Notes: generated by a model not told the origin, from the letters alone. Shown: positions 23,905 to 33,898, counted from the first letter of the stretch. The stretch: DNA of 64,000 bases from an uncultured Verrucomicrobiae bacterium (GCA_963735805.1 CAVTMK010000004.1:160001-224000), one strand, 5' to 3'. Numbers and translations are program-made.

Positions 23905-25047
23905 ATGATTAGTCGTCGGCAATTTACGAAAACCTTGGGCGGGGCGGTGACGTTGACCGCGATCAAGCCGGACGCTTTGTGGTCGAGCGAACCGACCGCT
24001 GACGCCACAACGGTATCGGTGTTGCCCGTTGCGGCGGAATTGTATCGCAAGGCGTTGGTAATCGACGGGAACGTACTGGGCGCGATCGGGTTTCCGATTT
24101 CGAATGATGATCCGGCGGGCGTGACCAAGCGGATTGTCGGGTCCGGTGTCAACGTAGTGAAGTCGACACTTGGCGGTCCGCAGGGAAATTTTGAGGAGGC
24201 CGTGGCCGCGATCGCGAACGCGGAGCTGTTGATGGAAAAGCAGCCGGAAGCGTTTTTCAAAGTGCAGCGCGCGGCCGATTTCGATCGCGCGAAGAACGAA
24301 GGAAAGCTCGGCGTCATTTACTCGTTCGAATCGCCGAACATGCTCGAGGACAAGATCGACAGGATCGAGCTGTTCCGCAGTCTCGGGGTGCGCCTGATGC
24401 AGCTTACCTACAATCATCGGACACCGCTCGGGTGCGGTTGTCTCGACGGCGACACGGACGGCCTGACCGATCTCGGCCGCAGCGCCGTGGCCAAAATGAA
24501 TGAGATCGACGTTGCGCTTGATCTCAGTCATTCCAACACAAAGACGACGGCAGACGGCATCGCGGCGTCGAAGAAACCGGTGTTGATCACCCACGCCGGC
24601 TGTCGCGCTGTTTATATGCATCCGCGGAACAAGGAAGATCGCGAATTGAAGGCGTTGGCGGAGAAAGGCGGGGTGATCGGAATTTACATGCTGCCGTTTC
24701 TAACCGAGCCGCCGAAGCAGCCGATGCTCAAGGATTTTCTCCAGCATCTCGACCACGCGGTCAAAGTTTGCGGCGAAGATCATGTGGGGATCGGGACGGA
24801 CGTTCCCTTTTTGCACGTCGGCGAAGAGGAACTTGCCGAACTGAAACGCAGGAGCGAGGAGCGGAAAGCCGCGGGTATCGCTGCGCCAGGCGAGGACCGG
24901 CCGGCTTATATCCCGGACCTGAACACCGAACGGAAACTCGAGCTCGTAACCGATGCGTTGTTGAAACGGGGATACAAAAGCGCGGCAGTAGAAAAAATCC
25001 TGGGCGGTAATTTCAAGCGAGTCTTGGCCGATATCTGGTCGGCGTAA
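23905..25047 (+). CDS. Membrane dipeptidase (M19), Tat-exported
   Basis: SRRQF twin-arginine signal; QLTYN, DLSH, ITHAG, HVGIGTD and KILGGNF motifs. Confidence 0.9.
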   Translation: MISRRQFTKTLGGAVTLTAIKPDALWSSEPTADATTVSVLPVAAELYRKALVIDGNVLGAIGFPISNDDPAGVTKRIVGSGVNVVKSTLGGPQGNFEEAVAAIANAELLMEKQPEAFFKVQRAADFDRAKNEGKLGVIYSFESPNMLEDKIDRIELFRSLGVRLMQLTYNHRTPLGCGCLDGDTDGLTDLGRSAVAKMNEIDVALDLSHSNTKTTADGIAASKKPVLITHAGCRAVYMHPRNKEDRELKALAEKGGVIGIYMLPFLTEPPKQPMLKDFLQHLDHAVKVCGEDHVGIGTDVPFLHVGEEELAELKRRSEERKAAGIAAPGEDRPAYIPDLNTERKLELVTDALLKRGYKSAAVEKILGGNFKRVLADIWSA

Positions 25048-25195
25048 TTACTCAGGCATCTGTCCCGAGCCGCCAGTTGACCAGTTTGTTTCTCGATCAT
25101 TGGGAGGTGTGAGGATGCCAAAAACCCGACAGGATTTACGCGTTCCTATTGCTCGCCAACCAAGGCATTGATGCGAGTTAAATAAAGCTGGCCGC

Positions 25196-25273
25196 TGGAG
25201 CCACGGCCCATTGGGTCCTCGTCCTAGAGTGAAAGTGCCATCGAACTGAACCGGCCACAGGCCGGTGGCTACA
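25196..25273. repeat. REP/MITE-like element with inverted TG(T/G)AGCCAC...GTGGCTACA ends
   Basis: TGGAGCCACGGCCC at the left end versus GGCCGGTGGCTACA at the right end; internal hairpin CCGGCC-ACA-GGCCGG. Confidence 0.6.
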
Positions 25274-25389
25274 ACATTCGTGTGATCGCGCTAGGCGGTG
25301 GCCATGATTCGGGAACTCGTTAGGCCGAGCTTTGTCAAATTTGCTTTAATTCATTCCCAAAACCGTGCAATGTCGAAAGCGGAGGTTTT

Positions 25390-25767
25390 ATGACGATCTG
25401 GCAAATTATTCTCCTAATCGCCGCGTTTGGAGCGGTGGGCGGAATTGTTAACTCCGCGATTAGCGGCGAGTTTAATTATCCGCGGTTTGATCCCGGGGCG
25501 AATGTCTGGCGGCCCGGTTGGATCGGTAATGTGTTGGTTGGCGCGGTTGCTGCGCTGGTGGTCTGGGGCGTTTATGGTCCGCTGGCATCGTACGATTTGG
25601 TAACGGGAAGAACGATCGAGCTACATCTCACTGTCGCCCAGCTTCTGACTTCGCTTGTTGTCGGCTTAAGCGGTGGTAAAATTCTTACATTGATGGCTGA
25701 GAAACAGGCAGCGACGATTTCAAAAGATCAACTCGCTGCCACCCTTAGCGCGCTAACGAAAGATTGA
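25390..25767 (+). CDS. Small 3-TM membrane protein (DUF4257-like)
   Basis: GGAGG RBS; GAVGGIVN, PGWIGNVLVGAVAA and LVVGLSGG segments. Confidence 0.6.
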   Translation: MTIWQIILLIAAFGAVGGIVNSAISGEFNYPRFDPGANVWRPGWIGNVLVGAVAALVVWGVYGPLASYDLVTGRTIELHLTVAQLLTSLVVGLSGGKILTLMAEKQAATISKDQLAATLSALTKD

Positions 25768-25768
25768 T

Positions 25769-25954
25769 ATGGTTATCCAAGACGAAAAAGCCGCAAAGAT
25801 TCAGGAGCTTTTAAAGCAGCTTTCCAGCGCCGATACGTTCCAATCGGTCGCGATCACGCGGCAAATCAGGGATATCGCAACTGAAAATGCAGGGCAGAAA
25901 AATCAGGCTGCACCAAACAAACCCGTAGCCATTAAGCCCGACACAAATAGTTGA
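25769..25954 (+). CDS. Small hypothetical protein
   Basis: ATG 1 nt after the upstream stop; helical 61-aa product. Confidence 0.5.
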   Translation: MVIQDEKAAKIQELLKQLSSADTFQSVAITRQIRDIATENAGQKNQAAPNKPVAIKPDTNS

Positions 25955-25965
25955 GTTTTGCCAAC

Positions 25966-26166
25966 ATGAGCTTGGCTGAAATCAAGACTGCCATCCAACG
26001 GCTTTCGTTTGAAGAGCGCGCCGAGTTGGCGGCATGGTTGCACGGTTGGGATGATGATGACTGGGACGAGCAGATGAAGCGCGACATCGCGGGCGGTAAG
26101 CTCGATACGATTCTCCACGAAGTGGAAGATGATATCAAAGCAGGTCGCCTCCGCGATATGCCGTGA
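25966..26166 (+). CDS. Putative antitoxin
   Basis: Acidic 66-aa protein (EIKTAIQRLS..E...WDEQMKRD..GKLD); its stop overlaps the toxin start (GTGA). Confidence 0.7.
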   Translation: MSLAEIKTAIQRLSFEERAELAAWLHGWDDDDWDEQMKRDIAGGKLDTILHEVEDDIKAGRLRDMP

Positions 26167-26429
26167 AGTCCAGAACGCATCGGCGATTCTGGCACCAGTT
26201 CCATGGGCTGCTAGGTCACGTCCAATGTCTCGCGCGAGAGAAGTTTCAACTCTGGCTACGGGATCCCTTCCATCCCTCGATGCGGTTCAAACCGCTTTTC
26301 GGCATTGTCTGGTCAGTTCGAATTGGAGACAGCTATCGTGCTCTCGCACGTCGGGAATGTGATATGGCGGTGTGGTTTTGGATTGGGACTCACGAAGAGT
26401 ATACCAATTTCATTAACAGGCTTCGTTAG
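26163..26429 (+). CDS. RelE/ParE-superfamily toxin
   Basis: Basic 88-aa protein with HPSMRFK, WSVRIG..YRAL and WFWIGTHEEY motifs. Confidence 0.75.
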   Translation: MKSRTHRRFWHQFHGLLGHVQCLAREKFQLWLRDPFHPSMRFKPLFGIVWSVRIGDSYRALARRECDMAVWFWIGTHEEYTNFINRLR

Positions 26430-26509
26430 AAAACCTTCGCCTCTTGTGGCGTCAACAATCAGCAATCGGGCTTGCCATAAGCGCGCGCATCGCGGATAAT
26501 AAAGTCCCG

Positions 26510-27232
26510 ATGATCAGGGCGAATTGTCGGGCGCGGTTTACTGCGGCTGATTTCGACTTCATCGTGCGCACGCTCGCGCGGTCGCAAACTGGTCAGGTCT
26601 CTCTTGTCGATCTGTTGAGCGACGTCGAAACGCTAGATTCCATTCTGGACCATCCACAGCTGGTTGATGCGATCTTAAATCACTGCGGGCATCTTCGGAT
26701 ATCGTCGCAATTTTATTTTTATGTGCTGGCCCGCCATGTTTTGCAGCAGGGCGGAATTGGCGACCGAAAATTGTGCGATTATGTCGCGTCATTGTTGGAA
26801 ACGTTTTCGCGCGCGAAGCAATTGCAGGGGCCGCAAGCTTCGGGGCGCGCCGAGTCCGCTACGGCGGATTCGTCCATTGGCGAGCAATACATTTCGGACA
26901 TCCTGATTGCGTTGACCCGGGCGAGTCCCGAGCAAGCGTTTCTGCTTCGGGCGCATATCGGCAATTATTCGCTCTTCATCAGCGGAATTTTTCATCCCGC
27001 GGTCGCGGGACAGCGCAGTTTGCGCGGCGGTCCGGACATCGGATTCTACGAACGGGTTGGCCGGACCAACTATCAACTGGTTGCATCGCACGCTGCCGCG
27101 CGTCGGTGCGAACTGGATGATGTTTTCGAAGGATTGGCAGATCGGTTCCGCGATGTCCGGCTCGCGCTGAACCAACTCTCCGATCGACTGCTGAACCTGG
27201 ATGACGACGCGCGACCTTCGCTTTCCTTGTGA
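26510..27232 (+). CDS. Conserved-looking hypothetical protein
   Basis: MIRANCRARFTAADFDF start; DYVASLL, IGNYSLFISGIF and FYERVGRTNY segments; overlaps the next gene. Confidence 0.7.
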   Translation: MIRANCRARFTAADFDFIVRTLARSQTGQVSLVDLLSDVETLDSILDHPQLVDAILNHCGHLRISSQFYFYVLARHVLQQGGIGDRKLCDYVASLLETFSRAKQLQGPQASGRAESATADSSIGEQYISDILIALTRASPEQAFLLRAHIGNYSLFISGIFHPAVAGQRSLRGGPDIGFYERVGRTNYQLVASHAAARRCELDDVFEGLADRFRDVRLALNQLSDRLLNLDDDARPSLSL

Positions 27233-27936
27233 ACGAGACGCTCTTCAGCCAGATCCAGAAATTATTTGAGCGAACCTACGCGCAGGTCGGGATCAATCTG
27301 GAAGATTGCCTGATCGATAGGACACGCTGCGGGCAGTTGTCTATTTTGGCTGGAAAATCCGCCGTCGAATTGAGCGAACTTGCGCGCACGTTTTTGCGAC
27401 GCGCAGGCGACCAGCTTTATGTCGGCATTTATTATTCGCGCTGGCTCATCGAACAACTAGAGCAACACGATCCGCGCGCGGGAGTCGGCGATCGAAACAT
27501 CCGGTCGCTGATCATGTTCGTAGAGGAACTCAATCACGCGTTGCATGCGGCGCTTCAGTTCAAAAAAGGAACCCGCGAGATTGCTTCCGAGGATTTTGCG
27601 CGAAATCTGGAGCTCCAGGCGCAGGTCGATACCTATCTGGTTCTGCTTTTGTTTATCGCGTTCTTTCGAAAAACGCAGCGAGTCTCGCGTATGGACCGGC
27701 GCTGGCTGCGCTTTCATCTTTTCGCGCGCCAATGCCCCGAGGCATTTCGCGATGCAAATTTGCGCGGCCGTTATTTGGAGACAAGCCAGCTCGCCGCGAG
27801 CTACACGCGGTACCTGGACACTCTCAACAACCAGCGGCGGCTCGATGAAATCCGGCGCTTTCATTCACTCGAATACGGCGCAAAAAAGGCGCGGATTTTG
27901 GCGCTTACAAATCGCAGCTCGAACCAGACAAGCTAG
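27229..27936 (+). CDS. Conserved-looking hypothetical protein
   Basis: GTGA overlap with the upstream gene; VEELNHALH and NLELQAQVDTY segments. Confidence 0.7.
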   Translation: MNETLFSQIQKLFERTYAQVGINLEDCLIDRTRCGQLSILAGKSAVELSELARTFLRRAGDQLYVGIYYSRWLIEQLEQHDPRAGVGDRNIRSLIMFVEELNHALHAALQFKKGTREIASEDFARNLELQAQVDTYLVLLLFIAFFRKTQRVSRMDRRWLRFHLFARQCPEAFRDANLRGRYLETSQLAASYTRYLDTLNNQRRLDEIRRFHSLEYGAKKARILALTNRSSNQTS

Positions 27937-27974
27937 CAGTTGCGCGAACATGGCGACACGGCGATTACTCTGGC

Positions 27975-28418
27975 ATGACGACGTATCCGAAAAGCCCGAA
28001 AGAGACGACTTGCGGCATGATGTATTTCCCGCGAATGCTCGACAAGATTCGCCTGTACGCACACGGCGAACTGCATGAGGATTATCACGAGAACCTCGGC
28101 GGAGCGAAAGCGGCCGATGGAACGTGCTGTAATTTTCTGCGTGTCGACTATAGCGATCTTCGCGATCGGGTCCTCCAAGGCGGAACCGACGAGGAGATCC
28201 TCGAATGGTGCTTTGAAAAAGGCCGCCGCTTAAATGACGGCGATCTGTTTGTTTGGAATGGGTTCGCATCGAAACTCGGATGGCGGGATTCAATCACGCC
28301 ACGGCTCGAACAACGAAAAAAGGAAGCGGGAATCGCCGATCGCCACGACATTGTCACAATACCCGACCTGATCGATTTTGATGAGGGCCGGTTCCCACAG
28401 GCAGCCAAGACTCCGTGA
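27975..28418 (+). CDS. DUF5069-domain protein
   Basis: PKSP....GMMYFPRMLDKIRL and DLIDFDEGR motifs. Confidence 0.8.
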   Translation: MTTYPKSPKETTCGMMYFPRMLDKIRLYAHGELHEDYHENLGGAKAADGTCCNFLRVDYSDLRDRVLQGGTDEEILEWCFEKGRRLNDGDLFVWNGFASKLGWRDSITPRLEQRKKEAGIADRHDIVTIPDLIDFDEGRFPQAAKTP

Positions 28419-28897
28419 GCTCCTCGAATGTGATCTGCCGACGAATAACGTTTGGCGCCGCTGTTTGTCTGTGCATTCTCGCATTCAGCGCGTGTGAGTA
28501 CGAAGTTCCAATCACATCGAGTCCAACTCGCAAGGTGCAGGAACAACTGCTTGGGAATTGGGTTTCACTGGATGGCAAAGAGAACATGAGAATACGCTCG
28601 TGGGACAACAGCACTTACGCCGTTTATTACGATGGCGACTTGTTCCGCGCTTATCACTCCGACGTCGCGGAAACACCGTTTGCCAGTGTTCAGGACCTCA
28701 ACTCGAACGATCGGAAGTACGCTTATGTGGTTTGGAAACTGTCGGATGACGGCCAGCGCCTCAGTTTACGAAACGTGAACCGCAAAGTAGTCCCGAAGGA
28801 AACCAAAGATTCCGCCGCGGTTGCTGCGCTTTTGACAAAAAACGCTCGCAACCCCGAGCTGTTTGGCGAAGAGATCGAGTTTCGCAAGGAGAAATAA
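28415..28897 (+). CDS. Hypothetical lipoprotein
   Basis: Lipobox FSAC followed by EYEVPI....LLGNW. Confidence 0.7.
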   Translation: MSSSNVICRRITFGAAVCLCILAFSACEYEVPITSSPTRKVQEQLLGNWVSLDGKENMRIRSWDNSTYAVYYDGDLFRAYHSDVAETPFASVQDLNSNDRKYAYVVWKLSDDGQRLSLRNVNRKVVPKETKDSAAVAALLTKNARNPELFGEEIEFRKEK

Positions 28898-28932
28898 GGG
28901 GCGGTTCTAGCCACCTCATTGAGCCGCGACAA

Positions 28933-29018
28933 AGGTGGAACGCGTGGTCCTCAACACGTTGAAGAATATCTGGCCTCGGGCAACCGCCATCGGCTCGCCG
29001 CGGCGAGCTGATCGACCT
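28933..29018. repeat. Dispersed intergenic repeat, related to 41438-41515 in inverted orientation
   Basis: TCCTCAACACGTTG here versus TCCTCAGCACGTTG on the minus strand near 41498-41511; similar GATC-containing distal ends. Confidence 0.4.
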
Positions 29019-29063
29019 TGACACAGCAATTGATGATCACACGCTCTTCTGACAAAGTTGGAA

Positions 29064-30536
29064 ATGCGTGGATTGCAAAATCGTCTTAGCGTGGCCCTTC
29101 TTCTCTCGCTTTTATTGTTTTTCTGGACTGCGCCAATCCAGGCGCAGGCAACCGCTAAGGGAACATTGTCGCCATCGCCGACACCGGCTGTCTTTTCGCC
29201 GCAGACACTCGCGGACCTGAAACAATTACGGCAGGCCGCTTTGACCAGCGACTATGCGTATCGGCAGGTCGCGCATTTGTCGAATAACATCGGGCCACGT
29301 TTGACCGGATCCGCGCAGGCAGCCAAAGCAGTTGAGTACGTCGCCGAACAGTTGAAGGGCATCGGCTGCGAAGTACAACTCGAAAAAGCGATGGTGCCGC
29401 ATTGGGTGCGCGGCGAAGAGACAGCCGCGTTGGTTCAATTTCCCGGACAAGCGCCAGGCACAACGCAAAAAATTGTGCTTTGTGCACTGGGGGCAAGTGT
29501 GGCCACGCCTCCGAACGGAATCGAAGCAGAAGTCATCGTCCTTGGAAATTTTAATGAGCTGAAATCGCTGCCCCGGGACAAAGTCGCGGGCAAAATCGTG
29601 CTTTTCAATTATCCGTTCGATAAGCAAATGGCCGCGGAAGGTCGCGGCGGCGATGCGTACAGCGAAGCGGTTGTTTATCGAAGCAATGGTCCAAGTGCAG
29701 CTGCGCGACAAGGCGCGCTCGCCTGTCTGATTCGTTCGGTTGGCGGAGCCGACTATCGGCTTCCGCACACGGGTGAGACGGATTACGCAAATGACGCACC
29801 CAAAATTCCCGCCGGGGCCGTCACATCGGAGGATGCGGATTTAATTGCTGACCTGGTCCGGCAGGGACCGGTGAGAATGAAACTGGTTTTGACGCCGCAA
29901 ACTCTGCCAGATGTCGAAAGCGCAAATGTTATCGGCGATCTGAAAGGCAGCGAACATCCCGAAGAGATGATCGTCGTTTCCGGTCACCTGGACTCATGGG
30001 ACCTCGGTACAGGCGCGATTGACGATGGTGCCGGTGTCGCAGTGTCGATGGAAGTGGCGAACCTCATCCAAAAACTCCATCTCAAACCGAAACGCACGAT
30101 TCGGATAATTGCGTGGATGAATGAAGAAAATGGATCGGCCGGTTCAAAGCAGTACGCAAAAGATCATCAAAACGAGATGTTGAATCACTTCGCGGCCATG
30201 GAAACCGACGGTGGGGCCGATCATCCGCTTGGCATCAACATCAAGGCAAAACCAGAAGTGAAAAAGATGCTAGAGCCGGTCGCAGGAATTTTGCAGGAAT
30301 CAGGCGCGGGCATGCTTAGTTTAGTCGAACATTGTGGGGCTGACATCAAGCCGCTGGAGACAGCTGGTGTGCCTGCCTTTAGTCCGATCCAGGACAGCCG
30401 TTTCTATTTCAATTATCACCACTCTGCCGCCGACACGTTGGACAAAGTTGTCCCGAAAGAATTGGCCGAGAATTCCGCCGTCGTCGCAGTTCTTGCCTAT
30501 GCGCTGGCGAACATGGAGCGACCGTTGCCTCGGTGA
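29064..30536 (+). CDS. M28-family metallopeptidase (carboxypeptidase Q-like)
   Basis: Signal peptide; IGPRLTGS, PA domain, GHLDSWDLGTGAIDDG, NEENG and YHHSAADT motifs. Confidence 0.92.
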   Translation: MRGLQNRLSVALLLSLLLFFWTAPIQAQATAKGTLSPSPTPAVFSPQTLADLKQLRQAALTSDYAYRQVAHLSNNIGPRLTGSAQAAKAVEYVAEQLKGIGCEVQLEKAMVPHWVRGEETAALVQFPGQAPGTTQKIVLCALGASVATPPNGIEAEVIVLGNFNELKSLPRDKVAGKIVLFNYPFDKQMAAEGRGGDAYSEAVVYRSNGPSAAARQGALACLIRSVGGADYRLPHTGETDYANDAPKIPAGAVTSEDADLIADLVRQGPVRMKLVLTPQTLPDVESANVIGDLKGSEHPEEMIVVSGHLDSWDLGTGAIDDGAGVAVSMEVANLIQKLHLKPKRTIRIIAWMNEENGSAGSKQYAKDHQNEMLNHFAAMETDGGADHPLGINIKAKPEVKKMLEPVAGILQESGAGMLSLVEHCGADIKPLETAGVPAFSPIQDSRFYFNYHHSAADTLDKVVPKELAENSAVVAVLAYALANMERPLPR

Positions 30537-30538
30537 GT

Positions 30539-30615
30539 TGTAGTCGCCCCGCTATGTTGAGGCGCACCCGGGCGTATTGCTGCCGCGGCACGGCAAATGC
30601 AGCGCCGTGGCTACA
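30539..30615. repeat. REP-like element TGTAGTCGCC...GTGGCTACA
   Basis: Inverted GTAG/CTAC ends between convergent genes. Confidence 0.6.
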
Positions 30616-30632
30616 TCTTCCTGTAATGCCGC

Positions 30633-31418
30633 CTAACGATGTTTCAAGTTACGCAGCTCATTGAGCGCAAAATTAGCTGCTCGGCGGCCGCGATTGCGGA
30701 CAAATCGCCACGGGCCGCCATCGACAAAATAAGTGAGCAGAATGCTATCGCGCGTTTTCACTTCCGATCCGACCGGGTCGGCGGAATGCCATGTATTGTC
30801 AGCCACTGCGAATGCATAGCCGCTATTGGGCGAGAATGGCATCTGCGCTTTCTTTGGTTTTCTCCCATTTGGAAGAACTTCGTGAAAAATCGTGCCGATG
30901 TGTGGTGTCGAATTGTCGGCGGGCAGATACAACTGCACGGTAATTCCTTTCCATAGGCTGTCAGTGTGTTTAAAAATGCGGTATCCGGGGATGTCGCGAG
31001 TGAGGATCGGCACCGGATACATCTTCATTTTTGCAAAATTACGACCGAATCTGCGTTCCAAGCCGGGCGCGAGTCGTTGCACGAACGCTTTCTGTAATTC
31101 TTTGGAGCGCAACGTCTGCCCGGCTGCCTCCCAGATTTCGCGCTTCATCGGGGGCAAATGGCGGATGTACTCTGGAAAAAGATCGATCTTGGTGCGAGTC
31201 GGTTTGCCGTCGGCCCTGCTGCTTCCCGTTTTGCTTTTCCCAGACATTGCCCGGTAGTCATCTGTCACCGGCATCGCGAGCAACATTTCCGCGTAGAAGT
31301 CGTCCGGAAATACGCGGTCGAATCTCAAATGATGAAATGGTGCGTCGCCCGCGTGTGCGTTTTGGACCGAGTCTGCGACGAAATTCGTCAAATTGTTGAC
31401 TGACCACGATTGTCTCAT
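30633..31418 (-). CDS. 2OG-Fe(II) oxygenase-like protein
   Basis: PFHH...VFP..FY N-terminus, HTD metal motif, distal WHS and RDSI (HxD...H..R pattern). Confidence 0.65.
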   Translation of the reverse strand: MRQSWSVNNLTNFVADSVQNAHAGDAPFHHLRFDRVFPDDFYAEMLLAMPVTDDYRAMSGKSKTGSSRADGKPTRTKIDLFPEYIRHLPPMKREIWEAAGQTLRSKELQKAFVQRLAPGLERRFGRNFAKMKMYPVPILTRDIPGYRIFKHTDSLWKGITVQLYLPADNSTPHIGTIFHEVLPNGRKPKKAQMPFSPNSGYAFAVADNTWHSADPVGSEVKTRDSILLTYFVDGGPWRFVRNRGRRAANFALNELRNLKHR

Positions 31419-31441
31419 TGATTGAATTGTTCCCGTGAATC

Positions 31442-32071
31442 ATGAGTCAAACAACTGAAAAACGCTCACGTTTCGCGCGCTTCGGGCGCTGGGTTGCCGA
31501 GTTAATTCTGGTGTTCGTTGGTGTTTACGCGGCGTTTTGGCTCAATAGCTATCAGCAACACCGCGAGGACGCGCAACGGCGTGATCAGATTCTGGCTTCG
31601 TTCGAGCAGCAATTGCGTAAAGGAATCGAAAGCGGAAAAATTAATCGTGCGAAAGAAGAACAAAAAGCCGCGGAGTTCCAACGCGCGCTCGATGCCGGTG
31701 AAATGCCGCGGCTCCAGCCGTTTTTTTTCATCACTGACTACAGCCCAAGCGACTGGGCTACGATGCTGCAATCCGGAGGCGTTCAACTGCTTGACGTGCA
31801 GACGCTCCTGGCTGTGCGAAACGATGAGTCAGTTATCCGCTGGGGATTGAACAGCATGGCGCGCTATCAAAAATTGAGTGACGAACTGATTGTGCCGAAC
31901 CTCGACCAGGACATTTCTTTTTTTTACGATCCGGCCACGAAGAAATTGAGAAAACGATTCGAGATATATCCCGAAGCTCTACAAGCCACTGTGAAATTCG
32001 CCGGCGATCTTGAACGGACCCACGCTGAGTTGCTCAAACGAATCCAGGCCGAACGGCAACGAAATCGTTAA
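31442..32071 (+). CDS. Hypothetical protein with N-terminal membrane anchor
   Basis: ELILVFVGVYAAFWL anchor followed by a helical domain. Confidence 0.7.
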   Translation: MSQTTEKRSRFARFGRWVAELILVFVGVYAAFWLNSYQQHREDAQRRDQILASFEQQLRKGIESGKINRAKEEQKAAEFQRALDAGEMPRLQPFFFITDYSPSDWATMLQSGGVQLLDVQTLLAVRNDESVIRWGLNSMARYQKLSDELIVPNLDQDISFFYDPATKKLRKRFEIYPEALQATVKFAGDLERTHAELLKRIQAERQRNR

Positions 32072-32072
32072 C

Positions 32073-33149
32073 ATGAATCCAACGATCCGAATTTTTGCGC
32101 TTCTTTTGTGGACCCTGGCCCCGAGGTTCGTGTTAGGCGCGGAGTATCCGGCACCGACGGAAGGCGATTATACAGTTCGCGATTTCAAGTTTGCCTCGGG
32201 CGAAACCTTGCCGGAGTTGCGTCTCCATTATCGGACGCTAGGGAAACCGGAAAAAGATGCGCAGGGCAAAACGACGAATGCCGTTCTGATCATGCACGGG
32301 ACGACTGGCAGCGGCGCACAATTTATTCGCCCCGAGTTTGCCGGCGAACTGTTTGGAAAAGGTCAGCCGCTCGACGCGACGAAGTTTTACATCGTGTTGC
32401 CGGATGGCATTGGTCACGGCAAATCGAGCAAACCGAGTGACGGTATGCACGCAAAATTCCCGCGTTACGTTTATCTGGACATGGTGGAAGCGCAGTACCG
32501 CCTCTTGACCAACGGCCTCGGCGTAAATCACGCGCGACTCGTCACGGGAACATCAATGGGAGGAATGCAGACCTGGCTGTGGGGCGAACTGCATCCCGAT
32601 TTCATGGACGCGCTCATGCCGCTGGCGAGTTTGCCGACACAGATTTCAGGGCGCAATCGCGCGTGGCGCCGCATGGTGATTGACGCCATCCGCAATGATC
32701 CCGCCTGGAACGGTGGCGAGTACAAAACACAGCCGCCGAGCCTGCGCACGGCAGCCGAGATGCTGTGGTTCATGAGCAGCAATCCAGTCTTGCGTCAGAA
32801 GGACGCGCCTACACTTGCGAAAACGGATGAGGTTCTCGACAAGTTCGTCGAGCAAATCGTCAAGAGTGATGACGCCAATGACGTGCTCTACGCGCTCGAA
32901 GCTTCACACGATTACAATCCAGGGCCGAATCTAGAAAAAATCCAGGCGCCACTTCTGGCGATTAATTCAGCGGACGATTTGATCAATCCACCAGAACTCG
33001 GCATCCTGGAAGAGGAGATCAAGCGCGTTCCGCATGGCCGCGCAATCGTGATTCCGCTCAGCGACAAAACCCGTGGCCACGGCAGCCACACCCTAGGGGC
33101 CTTATGGAAAGATCAGTTAGCGGAGCTGCTTAAGGAGACAGAAAAGTGA
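32073..33149 (+). CDS. Secreted alpha/beta hydrolase (homoserine O-acetyltransferase-like fold)
   Basis: Signal peptide; GETL..L.LHY.TLG, GTSMGG nucleophile elbow, terminal GHGSH. Confidence 0.85.
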   Translation: MNPTIRIFALLLWTLAPRFVLGAEYPAPTEGDYTVRDFKFASGETLPELRLHYRTLGKPEKDAQGKTTNAVLIMHGTTGSGAQFIRPEFAGELFGKGQPLDATKFYIVLPDGIGHGKSSKPSDGMHAKFPRYVYLDMVEAQYRLLTNGLGVNHARLVTGTSMGGMQTWLWGELHPDFMDALMPLASLPTQISGRNRAWRRMVIDAIRNDPAWNGGEYKTQPPSLRTAAEMLWFMSSNPVLRQKDAPTLAKTDEVLDKFVEQIVKSDDANDVLYALEASHDYNPGPNLEKIQAPLLAINSADDLINPPELGILEEEIKRVPHGRAIVIPLSDKTRGHGSHTLGALWKDQLAELLKETEK

Positions 33150-33159
33150 CCGCTCAATA

Positions 33160-33381
33160 TCACTCATAATACGCGCCGCCATAATAACTGTACCACGGAT
33201 AATACGGATAATAAAACGGTGCGTGGTAAGTGTTATATCGGGCCTCGGGGGCGGCAGTCTCAGAGTAATACGTTCCAGCACATCCACCCAGCGAAAGTGC
33301 AAGAAGTATCGCGCATAAGATCGAGAGCATGGCTGCCGTTCCCTGACTCGTGTTTGTACCCACCGCCGCCGATGTCTTCAT
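33160..33381 (-). CDS. Small Tyr-rich lipoprotein
   Basis: LGGC lipobox, then YHAPFYYPYYPWYSYYGGAYY; start may be at 33330. Confidence 0.55.
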   Translation of the reverse strand: MKTSAAVGTNTSQGTAAMLSILCAILLALSLGGCAGTYYSETAAPEARYNTYHAPFYYPYYPWYSYYGGAYYE

Positions 33382-33512
33382 CAGCTCATTTAATGACAAC
33401 GGCTCAAGCAAACAAAGCCAAATTAAAATAAATTTTGCGCCGCCTGTCTCGGGGCGCCACCGGTCGTAAGATTCTTCCCTGATTACGGCGATTTAGCTTG
33501 CGCAGCCAAAGG

Positions 33513-33552
33513 GGCATCGGCGCATCCGCCAGCAGCGGACGGCGCCGATGCC
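33513..33552 (-). terminator. Strong stem-loop between the two Tyr-rich lipoprotein genes
   Basis: GGCATCGGCGC...GCGCCGATGCC with inner TCCGC/GCGGA stem, 22 nt downstream of the 33575 stop. Confidence 0.55.
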
Positions 33553-33574
33553 TTACCCAAGCGCGTGTCGCAAA

Positions 33575-33898
33575 TCAATACCAGTCGCCGTAAATTCTGC
33601 TGCCGTAGTACCGCGGACCATAAGCATCATTGTAGCGAGTGCCGGAGCGTACTATGGTCCTCTCATACGTCGGGCCGTAATAATAGGAGTACGGATTGCC
33701 GTAATAGCCGTAATCGGGCGCATAATATGCGGTCGGATAGTAATGACCGGTGTCATACGCCGTCGCGTAGGGACTCTCTGCACAGCCGCCCAGAAGCGTT
33801 GCAACAGCGCCTGCGCAAACGATTGACAGGAAGAATGTGCGACTGGACCGTTTGAATTTCGAGTCTGTGATTGTGTTCATCAGATTTCCCCCTTTCAT
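33575..33898 (-). CDS. Small Tyr/Gly-rich lipoprotein
   Basis: LGGC lipobox, then YYPTAYYAPDYGYYGNPYSYYYGPTY; GAAAGGGGG RBS suggests start at MNTITD. Confidence 0.65.
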   Translation of the reverse strand: MKGGNLMNTITDSKFKRSSRTFFLSIVCAGAVATLLGGCAESPYATAYDTGHYYPTAYYAPDYGYYGNPYSYYYGPTYERTIVRSGTRYNDAYGPRYYGSRIYGDWY

